NCBI GenBank assembly: GCA_012837435.1
Contig: DURD01000027.1
Coordinates: 12,384-76,383 of the forward strand
DNA length: 64,000 nucleotides
Direction of reading: 5' to 3'
Source of the DNA: Erysipelotrichaceae bacterium
GTDB lineage: Bacteria > Bacillota_I > Bacilli_A > RFN20 > CAG-826
Below, piece after piece: positions 1 to 9,282 of this stretch. The position numbers and the translations under genes are program-made. Each line of letters starts with the position of its first letter. The first letter of the stretch is position 1. The notes beneath the pieces are model-generated. The model was given only the letters and a program-made list of their open reading frames with translations, made no database searches and had not been told where the DNA came from.

Positions 1-1
1 A

Positions 2-1210
2 TTAGAGGTTTTATTAGTTAAAGATCAAGAACTAACTAAAAAGTGGCAGGAAGAAAAACAAGGGATTTTAGAAATTCAAAAGATTAAAGAACAGTTAGAA
101 AAAGCTCGTTTTGATTTAGAGGTGGCTTTATCGCAATCTCAGTTTGAAAAAGCGGGGGAACTCAAATATAAAACTATTCCAGAACTTGAAAATAAACTGC
201 ATAAACAAGATGTCGATAAAGAAGATAGAATGCTCTCCCAAGTGGTAGACGAGCATCAAATCAGCAAGATTATTTCTCGTATCACTAACATCCCTTTATC
301 TAAGATTGAAAAAGGCGATCGAGAAAAAGTTTTAGATTTAAAAAATACTTTAGCTAAGAGAGTCATCGGCCAAGATGAAGCTCTTACTTTAGTGAGCAAC
401 GCTATTCTCCGTCAACGCGCCGGTATCCAAAACCCTAATCGACCGATTGGTTCGTTTATGTTTTTAGGACCGACGGGAGTCGGTAAAACCGAAGTCGCGC
501 GAGCGCTGGCCGAAGCCTTATTCGATTCAGAGCATCATATTATTAGGATTGATATGTCGGAATATATGGAAAAGTTTTCCACTTCGCGACTGATTGGAGC
601 GCCTCCTGGATATGTCGGTTATGAAGAAGGGGGGCAACTAACCGAACAAGTAAGAAGAAAACCTTATTCCATCATCTTGTTTGATGAAATCGAAAAAGCC
701 CATCCCGAAGTCTTTAACTTGTTGTTGCAAATGTTAGATGATGGACGTTTAACCGATTCCCAAGGTCGGGTAGTCGATTTTAGAAATACCGTCATCATTA
801 TGACTAGCAATTTAGGGAGTGAATATTTGCTTACTGGAGAAAAGGAACAGGTTAGACAGTTATTGCATCAAACCTTTAAACCCGAATTTTTAAATCGCAT
901 TGATGAAATTATCTTTTTCAATCCGCTAGATAAAGAAACCCAAGGCAAGATTGTTGATAAGATGCTCAACGAACTAAAAGAGAGATTAAAAGAAAACTAT
1001 TACGAAGTTAACTTCACTGAAAATTTAAAAGAATACATTTTAGAAAATGCTTATTCTCCAACTTTTGGTGCTCGGCCGATTAAGAGGTTTATTCAAAATA
1101 AAGTGGAGACAGTTTTAGCCAATATGATTATCAGTCAAGAACTCCTCGCCGGACCGCATTATCTCGTGGACTGCGTCGAAGAGGAAGTGTTGGTTAGAAA
1201 AATTGACTAA
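2..1210 (+). CDS. clpB: ClpB chaperone, C-terminal part (5' end outside window)
   Basis: The frame is open from the window edge, so the ORF-track GTG at 122 is internal. Coiled-coil M-domain is followed by NBD2: Walker A GPTGVGKTE, Walker B ILFDEIEKAH, sensor-2 region RPEFLNRIDE. Confidence 0.9.
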   Translation, partial: LEVLLVKDQELTKKWQEEKQGILEIQKIKEQLEKARFDLEVALSQSQFEKAGELKYKTIPELENKLHKQDVDKEDRMLSQVVDEHQISKIISRITNIPLSKIEKGDREKVLDLKNTLAKRVIGQDEALTLVSNAILRQRAGIQNPNRPIGSFMFLGPTGVGKTEVARALAEALFDSEHHIIRIDMSEYMEKFSTSRLIGAPPGYVGYEEGGQLTEQVRRKPYSIILFDEIEKAHPEVFNLLLQMLDDGRLTDSQGRVVDFRNTVIIMTSNLGSEYLLTGEKEQVRQLLHQTFKPEFLNRIDEIIFFNPLDKETQGKIVDKMLNELKERLKENYYEVNFTENLKEYILENAYSPTFGARPIKRFIQNKVETVLANMIISQELLAGPHYLVDCVEEEVLVRKID

Positions 1211-1228
1211 TTCTATTTTAGAAAAACA

Positions 1229-1263
1229 AAATGCAGGTTTATAGAAAACGCCTGCATTTTTTA
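1229..1263 (+). terminator. Rho-independent terminator after clpB
   Basis: Stem AAATGCAGG (1229-1237) / CCTGCATTT (1251-1259), 13-nt loop, then a T-run. Confidence 0.7.
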
Positions 1264-1316
1264 TTTATCCAGAACTCTAGTTGAGGTAATCTAACTATAG
1301 AAAGGAAAGATAAGTT

Positions 1317-2246
1317 ATGGATTTATGGCTAATCATCTTAATCGCCGGGCTAGGGCTTATCGCTTTCTTTTTTATTGTTTTGTTCATCGTCTATCTTTTC
1401 GTTTTCTATTCTCCTTTACCAGGACAGATGAGCGATAAGAAATTTAAAAACTTACCGCAGAATGCCGGCTATGAAAAAATCTTTATCGAGATGATAACCG
1501 CGCTCATGGAAATACCTTACGAAGAGGCTTATATCAATTCTTTTGATAACTTAAAGTTGTACGCAAAAGTTTATAAAAACAAATCTTCTAACAAGGTAGC
1601 GATTCTTTGCCATGGTTTTCGAGCGACGGGTTATCGAGACTTCGCTGGTATCGCTAAAGGGCTCATTGATGAAGGACTTAACGTTATCCTCATCGATCAA
1701 AGAGCGCACGGCAAAAGCCAAGGTCATTCGATTACTTTTGGCATCAAAGAAGTTAAGGATGTTTTAGGTTGGATTAAATACGCTAGAAAAGAATTTGGGG
1801 AAGATAAACAAATAATCTTGATGGGTTTTTCGATGGGAGGCGCGACCGTCCTCAACCTCGCGAATAAGGTGAGAGATGACACCATCATCATCGCCGATAG
1901 CCCGTATTGCTCCCCGAGAGAAATAATGAAAACCAGTATTAAAAGTGTGAAGTTACCCGCTTCTATTTTGTATCCGATAGTTAATCTTTCTTCAATCGTG
2001 TTTGCGAGAACCAACTTAAACCAACTAGATGCTTATGAAGCGATAAAAAATACTAAATGTAAGATTTTAATTATTCACGGTACGAACGATAGAATTGTCC
2101 CCCATGTCTTAAGTCAAAAACTCGCAGAAACTTATAAAGAAAAAATAAAATACGAGTTATTTGAAGGAGCCAAACACGGGGTCTCTTATCTTCGGGATAT
2201 TGAAAGATATCAAAAAGTTGTTATAAACTTCGTTAATAAAGACTAG
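1317..2246 (+). CDS. Membrane-anchored alpha/beta hydrolase
   Basis: N-terminal TM helix; nucleophile elbow GFSMGG; later IIHGTNDRIVP and AKHG, as expected for the acid and His positions. Confidence 0.75.
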   Translation: MDLWLIILIAGLGLIAFFFIVLFIVYLFVFYSPLPGQMSDKKFKNLPQNAGYEKIFIEMITALMEIPYEEAYINSFDNLKLYAKVYKNKSSNKVAILCHGFRATGYRDFAGIAKGLIDEGLNVILIDQRAHGKSQGHSITFGIKEVKDVLGWIKYARKEFGEDKQIILMGFSMGGATVLNLANKVRDDTIIIADSPYCSPREIMKTSIKSVKLPASILYPIVNLSSIVFARTNLNQLDAYEAIKNTKCKILIIHGTNDRIVPHVLSQKLAETYKEKIKYELFEGAKHGVSYLRDIERYQKVVINFVNKD

Positions 2247-2278
2247 AATATATATGAACCCGAGGAGGGAAAACATAT

Positions 2279-3568
2279 ATGTATAAACCTAAAATGAAGT
2301 TAACTAAAGGACAGTTAGCTATTTTGCGTGGTGAGCACGGAGAAACTAAACAAAAGATGATGGAGACCATCGTCCGTTTCGGCGACATCTTTAATGCCCC
2401 TCGCTTAGTGAGAGTTACGCATAAAAAAGGACACCTCGTGACTTCCTTCGGCATTAATTTACTTAAACCTTTATACAAGACTATGGAAGAAATTAATGCG
2501 AACAACATCAAGGTGGAAGAGGGCTTTACTGCTGACCCTCGTCCTATTGACTATAAAAATGTTAAATGCAATCTATTAGAGAAATTGATATTTTCTAAAA
2601 TCATGTATGGGAAACAGAGCTATTATGAAGAGCAACTTCTTAAAGCCGGTCTCATCGATAAAGACGCTTTTACCTGTACCCCTTACTTAAAAGAAGTGGG
2701 CAATATTCCTAAAGAAGGCGATATCCTTTCTTGGGCGGAATCCAGCGCAGTGGTGTACGCTAATTCGGTATTGGGCGCTAGATGCAACCGCAATTCGGGA
2801 ATGATTGATTTATTTGGATCGATACTAGGCTATGTTCCTTTGTTTGGCCTACTAACTAATGAAGGGAGAAAAGCCACCTGGAGAATCATCGTTAAAACTT
2901 CTAAACTACCTGAGGCTCAAATATTGGGCAGTGCGATTGGAATGAAAGTTAGGGAAGAAGTGCCTTACGTTATTGGTTTAGATAAATTTTTAGGCGATGA
3001 AATTAACGAAGATGTCGAAGGATACCTAAAAGATTTTGGGGCCGCGACCGCCTCTAACGGTGCGGTAGGGTTGTTCCATATCGATAATCTCACTCCGGAA
3101 GCTAAAAGGATGGGCATGACTTTAATTAAACAAGAAGCCCAGGAATATATCATCGATGATCAAGAACTGGAAAGGGTATATAAATCTTATCCCGTCATTT
3201 GGAAGAAAAAAGATAAACCCGGTAATCTTGTCTTTATCGGTTGCCCTCATTTAACTATTAAACAAGTGAGAGATTGGTCTAATAAGATTATTAAAGGTTT
3301 AGAAGAAATCGGCCACAAGAAAGTAGTGGTGAGAACGATTATGACGACTTCTCCTTACGTTTTAAAAATCTTCAAGAACGAACCGTTGTACGAAGAAATT
3401 ATTTCTAGAGGGGTAAAGATTACGAGCATTTGTCCTTTGATGTACACCAATAACCCTTTAACTAAGTTGAGACGGATACTCACTAACTCTAATAAACTCA
3501 GGACTTATAGCCACGCTAAATACTTGAAAAACGAAGACATCCTAAACTTCGTGATTGGGAGGAAATAA
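2279..3568 (+). CDS. Aconitase X catalytic (large) subunit, DUF521 family
   Basis: 429 aa with a DUF521-like N-terminus (LTKGQLAILRGEHGE...). GAGGAGG RBS at 2262-2268. The small-subunit gene follows immediately. Confidence 0.7.
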   Translation: MYKPKMKLTKGQLAILRGEHGETKQKMMETIVRFGDIFNAPRLVRVTHKKGHLVTSFGINLLKPLYKTMEEINANNIKVEEGFTADPRPIDYKNVKCNLLEKLIFSKIMYGKQSYYEEQLLKAGLIDKDAFTCTPYLKEVGNIPKEGDILSWAESSAVVYANSVLGARCNRNSGMIDLFGSILGYVPLFGLLTNEGRKATWRIIVKTSKLPEAQILGSAIGMKVREEVPYVIGLDKFLGDEINEDVEGYLKDFGAATASNGAVGLFHIDNLTPEAKRMGMTLIKQEAQEYIIDDQELERVYKSYPVIWKKKDKPGNLVFIGCPHLTIKQVRDWSNKIIKGLEEIGHKKVVVRTIMTTSPYVLKIFKNEPLYEEIISRGVKITSICPLMYTNNPLTKLRRILTNSNKLRTYSHAKYLKNEDILNFVIGRK

Positions 3569-3570
3569 CT

Positions 3571-4011
3571 ATGAAAAAGTTTAAAGGCCGGGTCATCGCT
3601 GGAGGCCACTATAAAGGGGAAGCTATCGTTTCGCGTCAAGGGGTTAATACCCTCGCGACTTTTCAATCGAGCGCTTTAAAAAACTCTAAACAAGTTTTGG
3701 CTTCCGATCAGAATAACCCTGACATCTACGAAAAGAATATTACTGGTAAAGCCTTATGTTTACCTATCACTATCGGCTCTACCACTGGAGGGATGGTCAT
3801 TCAAACCGTTTGTCAAATGGGCATCGCTCCGGCTTGCTTCCTTTTCAGTGAACATATCGATTCTCTCGCCGCTTCAGGAATCGTCCTAGCCAAGGTCTGG
3901 GAAGAGAGCGATGTGATATGTATTGATAAATTAGGTGAGAAATTTCTTGAAACTATTAAAACAGGAGATATAATTGAGGTTAGAGAAGACGGCACAATTA
4001 CAATTCTGTGA
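3571..4011 (+). CDS. Aconitase X swivel (small) subunit, DUF126 family
   Basis: 146 aa; 2-nt gap after the large subunit; GSTTGG motif typical of the AcnX swivel domain. Confidence 0.65.
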   Translation: MKKFKGRVIAGGHYKGEAIVSRQGVNTLATFQSSALKNSKQVLASDQNNPDIYEKNITGKALCLPITIGSTTGGMVIQTVCQMGIAPACFLFSEHIDSLAASGIVLAKVWEESDVICIDKLGEKFLETIKTGDIIEVREDGTITIL

Positions 4012-4085
4012 TTGTCTAATCATGCTCCAAATCTGATATGCATCGTGATTTCCTTATCAAAAAATAGAACGACGCATGGACGAAG

Positions 4086-4118
4086 AAAGAGGCACTACCC
4101 CGTGCCTCTTTTTTTCTT
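4086..4118 (+). terminator. Rho-independent terminator
   Basis: Stem AAAGAGGCAC (4086-4095) / GTGCCTCTTT (4102-4111), 6-nt loop, long T-run. Confidence 0.75.
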
Positions 4119-4158
4119 TTCTTAGTCATTAAAAATTGCTTTAATTAGAATAGCCGAT

Positions 4159-4662
4159 ATGAAGAAGAGCAAACTAGATTTGACGTTCGCTATTATCTTT
4201 GTTGTTTTAGCTCTGCTCCTTAATAGCTATATCATTTATCACTCTTGTTTAAGCGGAGAAGAGAGCGGGGCCGTTTCTCGCGGAGTCACTAAAATACTTG
4301 AAAACATTATTAACGGGATTAGACCGGGAACAATTACCGAAACTAATTACGAGGCTTTTGTATTATTTGTTAGAAAAGGCCTCGGTCATTTTGGGGCATT
4401 TTTCTTAAGTGGCTTACTTACCTCTTCAGCGGTCTATTTTTGTCTAAAAGACTGGATTTGGTATAAAAACTACCTAACGATTTTAATTTCTTTTGGTGGA
4501 GGAATGATTTTAGCGAGCGTTACCGAGATAATTCAATTAAATGTCGCCGGTCGAAGTGGAGAACTGCTAGACGTCCTCCTCGATTTATCAGGATACGCCT
4601 TAGGAATGATTATCATCTTGGTCCCTCTTTTTATATTTTTAAAACGTTCATCTTTAAAATAA
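4159..4662 (+). CDS. VanZ-like integral membrane protein
   Basis: 167 aa, about 4 TM helices, GLGHFGAFFLSGLL motif resembling the VanZ family. Confidence 0.5.
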   Translation: MKKSKLDLTFAIIFVVLALLLNSYIIYHSCLSGEESGAVSRGVTKILENIINGIRPGTITETNYEAFVLFVRKGLGHFGAFFLSGLLTSSAVYFCLKDWIWYKNYLTILISFGGGMILASVTEIIQLNVAGRSGELLDVLLDLSGYALGMIIILVPLFIFLKRSSLK

Positions 4663-4728
4663 TAGAGTTTAATTCATTAACTTCTTTTGCCATTATGCTA
4701 TAAGTGTGGCAAAATATTACTACCAAAT

Positions 4729-6582
4729 ATGAAAAAGAAAGCGATTAGACGATTTGATTTAAATAAACCCTTCCATCCTTCCGATATCAAAGATTTAAGA
4801 GAAGAAGAACTAGAACTTTTAAGTGAAGATATTAGAAAAAATATCATCGAGAACTGCGCAAAAAATGGTGGCCATTTAGCGTCTTCTCTCGGGGCGACGG
4901 ACTTAATCGTCGCTCTGCATCATTACTTTGATTTACCGAAGGACAAGATAATTTTTGATGTTGGTCATCAGGCTTACGCCCATAAGATTTTATCGGGCCG
5001 GACATTAGAAAACTTAAGAAAGAAAAACGGAGTATCGGGCTTTCAAAAAAGAGAGGAATCAGTATTCGATCCTTATGAAGCGGGACACTCTTCCACCTCG
5101 ATCTCCGCGGCCATGGGGATGGCTCTTGCTAGAGACTTAAAAGGCGAATCCTATCAAGTGATCGCCGTGATTGGCGATAGCTCTTTTTCTAATGGGTTAG
5201 CTTTTGAAGCTTTAAACAATCTCGGGAGCTTTAAACATAAAGTGATCGTTATTATCAACGACAACAACCGTTCCATCGGTAAAGCCGTGGGCTCGACAAA
5301 CAACTATTTTGAAAAGTTTAGACTATCGAGAAGTTATTTAAATTTGCGTAAAAAATATCGAGCTCTTAAAAAGTATCGGGCCACGAGATGGTTTTATCGA
5401 CTCACCAGTGGCATTAAAAACTATTTTAAACGTCTATTTGTTAGAAAGAATCTCTTCTCTCTTTCGGATATCTATTTTATTTCCAATGTCGATGGGCATG
5501 ACTTTGGAGCCCTAGAAAGAGTTTTTGGCTACGCGGTTAACGCTCCTTCTAGTGTGGTGATTCACGTCACCACGACGAAAGGAAAAGGCTATGCACCCGC
5601 GGAAAAAGATGTGGTCGGTCATTGGCATGGCGTCGAACCTTTCGATATTAAAACCGGTAAACCTCTTAAAAAGCTCGATCCAAAATACACTTGTTGGAGT
5701 GGGGTCTATGCCGACTTACTTAAAGAAAAGATGGCTAGCGATCCCAAGATGGTGCTAATTAACCCTGCGACCATGGTGGGCAGTAAGATTGATGACTTGT
5801 TAGAGTCTTACCCTGATCGAGTGTTCGATGTCGGTATTTCGGAAGAGCATGGAGCGGTCTTTGCCGCGGGACTAGCCGCGAACGGCATCCATCCATACTA
5901 TTCTATCTATTCGACCTTCTTGCAGAGAAGTTACGATCAAGTCTCTCACGATATCGCTAGAATGGATTTAAATGTTACCTTACTCGTCGACCGGGTAGGC
6001 TTACCAGAAGAAGATGGAGAGACCCATGCTGGCATATATGACGTGGCCTATTTGATGTCGATACCTAACGTCGCTATCGCCATGGCTAAAGACCAAGTTG
6101 AAGCTAAAGAGCTCTTTGATTTTTCGATTAAATACGAGCATCCTCTAGCTATTCGTTACCCTCGGGGACAAACCCTTATCATGAATAATAAAAAAGTTAA
6201 AGCCCTTAAATTAGGGGAATGGAAGTTAGAAAATAAAGGAAAGGACATAGCGATAATTTCCTATGGTCCCATCGTCAATGAACTTCTGACTAACTATAAA
6301 GACTATACGATTATTAACGCGGTATTCTTAAGACCAATTGATGAACCATTACTGAGAACGTTAAAGGATTATTCTCATATCGTTATTTATGATATTTATG
6401 GCACCAAAGAGGGGTTTGCTTCTTTAGTCTTAAACGCCTTAAATGATTTAAATTACGAGGGTCGTCTCAGAGTTATGGCTCTTCCCAATAAGTTTATCGC
6501 TCATGGTAGTGCCGCGGAACAATTAAAAGACTGCCAATGCACGTTAGACGATTTAGATAAATTAGTGAAGAAATTAAAATGA
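4729..6582 (+). CDS. dxs: 1-deoxy-D-xylulose-5-phosphate synthase
   Basis: GGHLASSLGATDLIVALHH and the TPP-binding GDSSFSNG...NDN. The ATG at 4729 (MKKKAIRRFDLNKP) is preferred over the upstream TTG at 4687. The TGA stop overlaps the ispH ATG. Confidence 0.9.
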   Translation: MKKKAIRRFDLNKPFHPSDIKDLREEELELLSEDIRKNIIENCAKNGGHLASSLGATDLIVALHHYFDLPKDKIIFDVGHQAYAHKILSGRTLENLRKKNGVSGFQKREESVFDPYEAGHSSTSISAAMGMALARDLKGESYQVIAVIGDSSFSNGLAFEALNNLGSFKHKVIVIINDNNRSIGKAVGSTNNYFEKFRLSRSYLNLRKKYRALKKYRATRWFYRLTSGIKNYFKRLFVRKNLFSLSDIYFISNVDGHDFGALERVFGYAVNAPSSVVIHVTTTKGKGYAPAEKDVVGHWHGVEPFDIKTGKPLKKLDPKYTCWSGVYADLLKEKMASDPKMVLINPATMVGSKIDDLLESYPDRVFDVGISEEHGAVFAAGLAANGIHPYYSIYSTFLQRSYDQVSHDIARMDLNVTLLVDRVGLPEEDGETHAGIYDVAYLMSIPNVAIAMAKDQVEAKELFDFSIKYEHPLAIRYPRGQTLIMNNKKVKALKLGEWKLENKGKDIAIISYGPIVNELLTNYKDYTIINAVFLRPIDEPLLRTLKDYSHIVIYDIYGTKEGFASLVLNALNDLNYEGRLRVMALPNKFIAHGSAAEQLKDCQCTLDDLDKLVKKLK

Positions 6583-7448
6583 TTAAGTTATTAAAACCCA
6601 TCGGGCATTGTTATGGAGTGGTTAACGCCCTTAACATCGCGAAACAAACCGTCAAAGAATATCCTGATAAAACCATCTATGTTTTTGGTTTGCTCGTCCA
6701 TAACGAAGAAGTAAGAAAAGAACTAGATAGCTTAGGAATTATCACTCTAGACTTAAAAGGAATCGACCCGTTAGCGAGATTAAGAGAATTTAATCAAGAC
6801 GATGTCGTCATCTTTACTGCACATGGTCATCCCGATATTTATGAAAGCATTTTAAAAGAAAGAGGCGTGACGTTCATCGATTCTACTTGTAAGCGCGTGA
6901 AGGATTGCTTTAACATTATTAGAAAAGCTAATCATGTCATCTATATCGGTAAAAAAGATCATCCCGAAGCTAATGCGGCCTTGACGATGAACAATAATGT
7001 CTATTTCTATGATATTAATGAACCGTTTGACTATTCTAAGGTAAAAGCAAGCGACCCGTTAGTCATTAATCAAACAACCTTATCGTTTCTAGAACTAAAA
7101 AAAATTCATGAAGAAATAAAGAATAACATTCCTAATGCTATCATGGTTGATGAGATTTGTAACGCGACACTTTTACGGCAACAAGCTCTTTTAGCCTTAA
7201 ACGAGGAAGTCGATACCATTATTATCGTCGGCAGCAAGAAATCATCTAACACCATGAAATTATACGAATTAGCGGTAGCGTCCCACCCTAATAAACAGAT
7301 TTATCTATTTGAAAGCGTTCAAGATTGTATCGATAAGCCAATTAAGTATACTAACGCTGTTATCGCTAGTGGGACCTCCACCCCCATGAAGACTATTAAT
7401 CAAATTAAAGAATATCTAGAGAGGAATACCGGCTATGGAAAAAGATAA
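6579..7448 (+). CDS. ispH: 4-hydroxy-3-methylbut-2-enyl diphosphate reductase
   Basis: LytB-family motifs HNEEV, TAHGHP and SSNTMKL; ATGA overlap with dxs. Confidence 0.9.
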   Translation: MIKLLKPIGHCYGVVNALNIAKQTVKEYPDKTIYVFGLLVHNEEVRKELDSLGIITLDLKGIDPLARLREFNQDDVVIFTAHGHPDIYESILKERGVTFIDSTCKRVKDCFNIIRKANHVIYIGKKDHPEANAALTMNNNVYFYDINEPFDYSKVKASDPLVINQTTLSFLELKKIHEEIKNNIPNAIMVDEICNATLLRQQALLALNEEVDTIIIVGSKKSSNTMKLYELAVASHPNKQIYLFESVQDCIDKPIKYTNAVIASGTSTPMKTINQIKEYLERNTGYGKR

Positions 7449-8151
7449 AAAGCCTATAAACCACGTGGCCATCATTATGGACGGTAACGGCCGATGGGCT
7501 AAAAAAAGAGGCCTACCTAGGCATAAAGGCCACGAAGAGGGGTGTAAAAGGATTATTGAAATATTCGAGGCGGTAAAGGAAAATCACATCAAAGTGATGA
7601 CTTTATACGCTTTTTCAACGGAAAATTGGAACCGCCCTAAATTAGAAATCAAACAGTTATTCACTTATTTAGACAAATTCTTCAAAGATAATATCGATAA
7701 GTTCATGGAAGACGGTATCCGTGTGCAAGTAATGGGGGATATATCTCGCCTACCCGAGAAAACCCAGAAAGTGGTGAAAGAGGCGTTATTTAGAACGAAA
7801 GATAACGACAATTACGTTTTCAATATCGCCTTAAATTACGGAAGTCGGCAAGAAATCGTCAAAGCTACGAAAGAAATTGCGACATTAGTGAAAAATAATG
7901 AATTAGCGGTAAATGATATCGATGAAACTACAATTTCTAACCACTTATACACGGCAAATCTCCCCCCAATTGACCTAATGATTAGAACTAGCGGTGAGCA
8001 GCGGTTATCCAACTATCTTTTGTACCAATTAGCCTATTCGGAGTTTATTTTCACTCCCACGTACTGGCCAGATTTTAAAAAAGAGAATTTTGAGGAATGT
8101 TTGAAAGAATTCCGAAAAAGGGATAGAAGATATGGTAAAATTGAACAATAA
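7435..8151 (+). CDS. uppS: Undecaprenyl diphosphate synthase
   Basis: HVAIIMDGNGRWA and RTSGEQRLSN signature motifs. Confidence 0.92.
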   Translation: MEKDKKPINHVAIIMDGNGRWAKKRGLPRHKGHEEGCKRIIEIFEAVKENHIKVMTLYAFSTENWNRPKLEIKQLFTYLDKFFKDNIDKFMEDGIRVQVMGDISRLPEKTQKVVKEALFRTKDNDNYVFNIALNYGSRQEIVKATKEIATLVKNNELAVNDIDETTISNHLYTANLPPIDLMIRTSGEQRLSNYLLYQLAYSEFIFTPTYWPDFKKENFEECLKEFRKRDRRYGKIEQ

Positions 8152-8161
8152 TTTGAAGTCG

Positions 8162-8224
8162 CTCGTTTTGAAATCTCGCAAAAGTTATTAATTTTAAATT
8201 AATGCTCAAAACGAGGGCGTTTTT
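8162..8224 (+). terminator. Probable uppS terminator (long-loop hairpin)
   Basis: 10-bp stem CTCGTTTTGA (8162-8171) / TCAAAACGAG (8206-8215). The AT-palindromic loop is followed by GGCG and a T-run. Confidence 0.45.
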
Positions 8225-8273
8225 GCAAGTTTTACACTTTTAAGGCAAAAAATGTTTTTTTTATTTTATATAT

Positions 8274-8282
8274 TGATATAAT
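8274..8282 (+). promoter_or_regulatory. Extended -10 promoter element for the capsule operon
   Basis: TGaTATAAT at 8274-8282. No good -35 box is present, which is tolerated with an extended -10. Confidence 0.35.
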
Positions 8283-8335
8283 GTTCGTAGGAATTTTAAT
8301 TATTCAAATTAATTAAATCTCATCGTTATATTATG

Positions 8336-8415
8336 AAAAACAGCAAATTAAGAGTGTAGGAACCATTTCTACGCAGTGACTGAACTCACTGAATGTTATC
8401 TTATGGCTGTTTTTT
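8336..8415 (+). promoter_or_regulatory. Structured leader element (three-way junction ending in a U-tract)
   Basis: Closing helix AAAAACAGC (8336-8344) / GCTGTTTTT (8406-8414), extended by TAAGA/TCTTA. It encloses hairpins at 8354-8374 and 8374-8391, and a T-run follows. Confidence 0.45.
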
Positions 8416-8514
8416 AAAAAATAATAGTTGCCCCGTTTATTATTATCAATAAAATATATATGCGACAGGCGTTTGAAGTTCTTAAATTAGGAATGGAATT
8501 AGGAGAAAAAGGCT

Positions 8515-9282
8515 ATGGACGAAGAAAAACAAATCATTGAAGAAGAGAGTAGAGGCTTAACTTTTAAAGATATATTGTTCATCATACGTAAACACTGGAT
8601 TGCCATTGTTTGCTTTATTTTGTGTGGCGCCGCCGTCGGTCTTACCGTCGCTTTAGTGGAAGTCCCGACTTATCAATCGACAGGAACGATGCTCGTTTCT
8701 TACGAGAGCACAAGTCAAAATCTCACACAAGATTATACTTTCTCAAATTATATCTCTAACACTTTTGTCGTTTTCTTAAAAGAGAATATTGTCTTAGATA
8801 AAGTTTCCGAAAGAACGGATATCTCTGTTCAAGAATTAAGAGATAATTTATCGGTTTCTAACACCGCCTTGGTCATCAAAGTTTCTTACACTAATCACGA
8901 TCCTGAAGAAGCTAGGAGAGTAGTGGACGTCGTTATCAATACCGCTCAGGAAGTGGCGGACACTACTGAAAAAGTTCTTAATGAGGAGGGTGTTCTAGTA
9001 GATAAACCTGTCTATCACTTGCTATATGATAACTTGAAAGTTTTTAGTCCGCCCAAGGTAGGAACGAGAGTGTCTCACGTTTTAAGAAATACGGCGATTG
9101 GTTTTGGAGCCGGGGTAGGTGCCGCTTTCCTTTACGTCCTCATTAGACAAATGTTTGACAACACCTTTAAGTCTAGTGACGAAATTGAAAGAATTCTCAA
9201 CATTCCCGTTTTAGCCGGCATTCCTGAATATCAATTCGATGACGAAAAGAAAGGTGGAAAGAAAGGCGGTAAAAAAAGATGA
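8515..9282 (+). CDS. Wzz/CpsC-like chain-length determinant (BY-kinase transmembrane modulator)
   Basis: Two TM helices flank an extracytoplasmic domain. C-terminal PVLAGIP motif and a basic tail. The stop overlaps the next ATG. Confidence 0.8.
   Translation: MDEEKQIIEEESRGLTFKDILFIIRKHWIAIVCFILCGAAVGLTVALVEVPTYQSTGTMLVSYESTSQNLTQDYTFSNYISNTFVVFLKENIVLDKVSERTDISVQELRDNLSVSNTALVIKVSYTNHDPEEARRVVDVVINTAQEVADTTEKVLNEEGVLVDKPVYHLLYDNLKVFSPPKVGTRVSHVLRNTAIGFGAGVGAAFLYVLIRQMFDNTFKSSDEIERILNIPVLAGIPEYQFDDEKKGGKKGGKKR

Noticed and set aside
4014-4024. The 11-mer TGTCTAATCAT occurs just after the stop codons of two unrelated genes (4014-4024 and 13425-13435), each ahead of a terminator
   Set aside because: With only two copies I could not extend the similarity beyond 11 nt. 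It may be chance in AT-rich DNA, and a genome-wide motif count would be needed.
4687-4728. CxxC-like N-terminal extension of DXS (MPLCYKCGKILLPN) from a TTG start
   Set aside because: DXS proteins normally begin near the MKKK...FDL segment. The extension depends on a TTG start and starts only 25 nt after the previous gene's stop. The ATG at 4729 is preferred.
8152-8514. Looked for tRNA, rRNA or known riboswitch signatures in the long gaps (8152-8514, 19926-20131, 40297-40940, 52950-53656)
   Set aside because: No T-loop GGTTCGAATCC-like boxes, cloverleaf arms or riboswitch cores that I recognise are present. Only the hairpin structures reported above were found.
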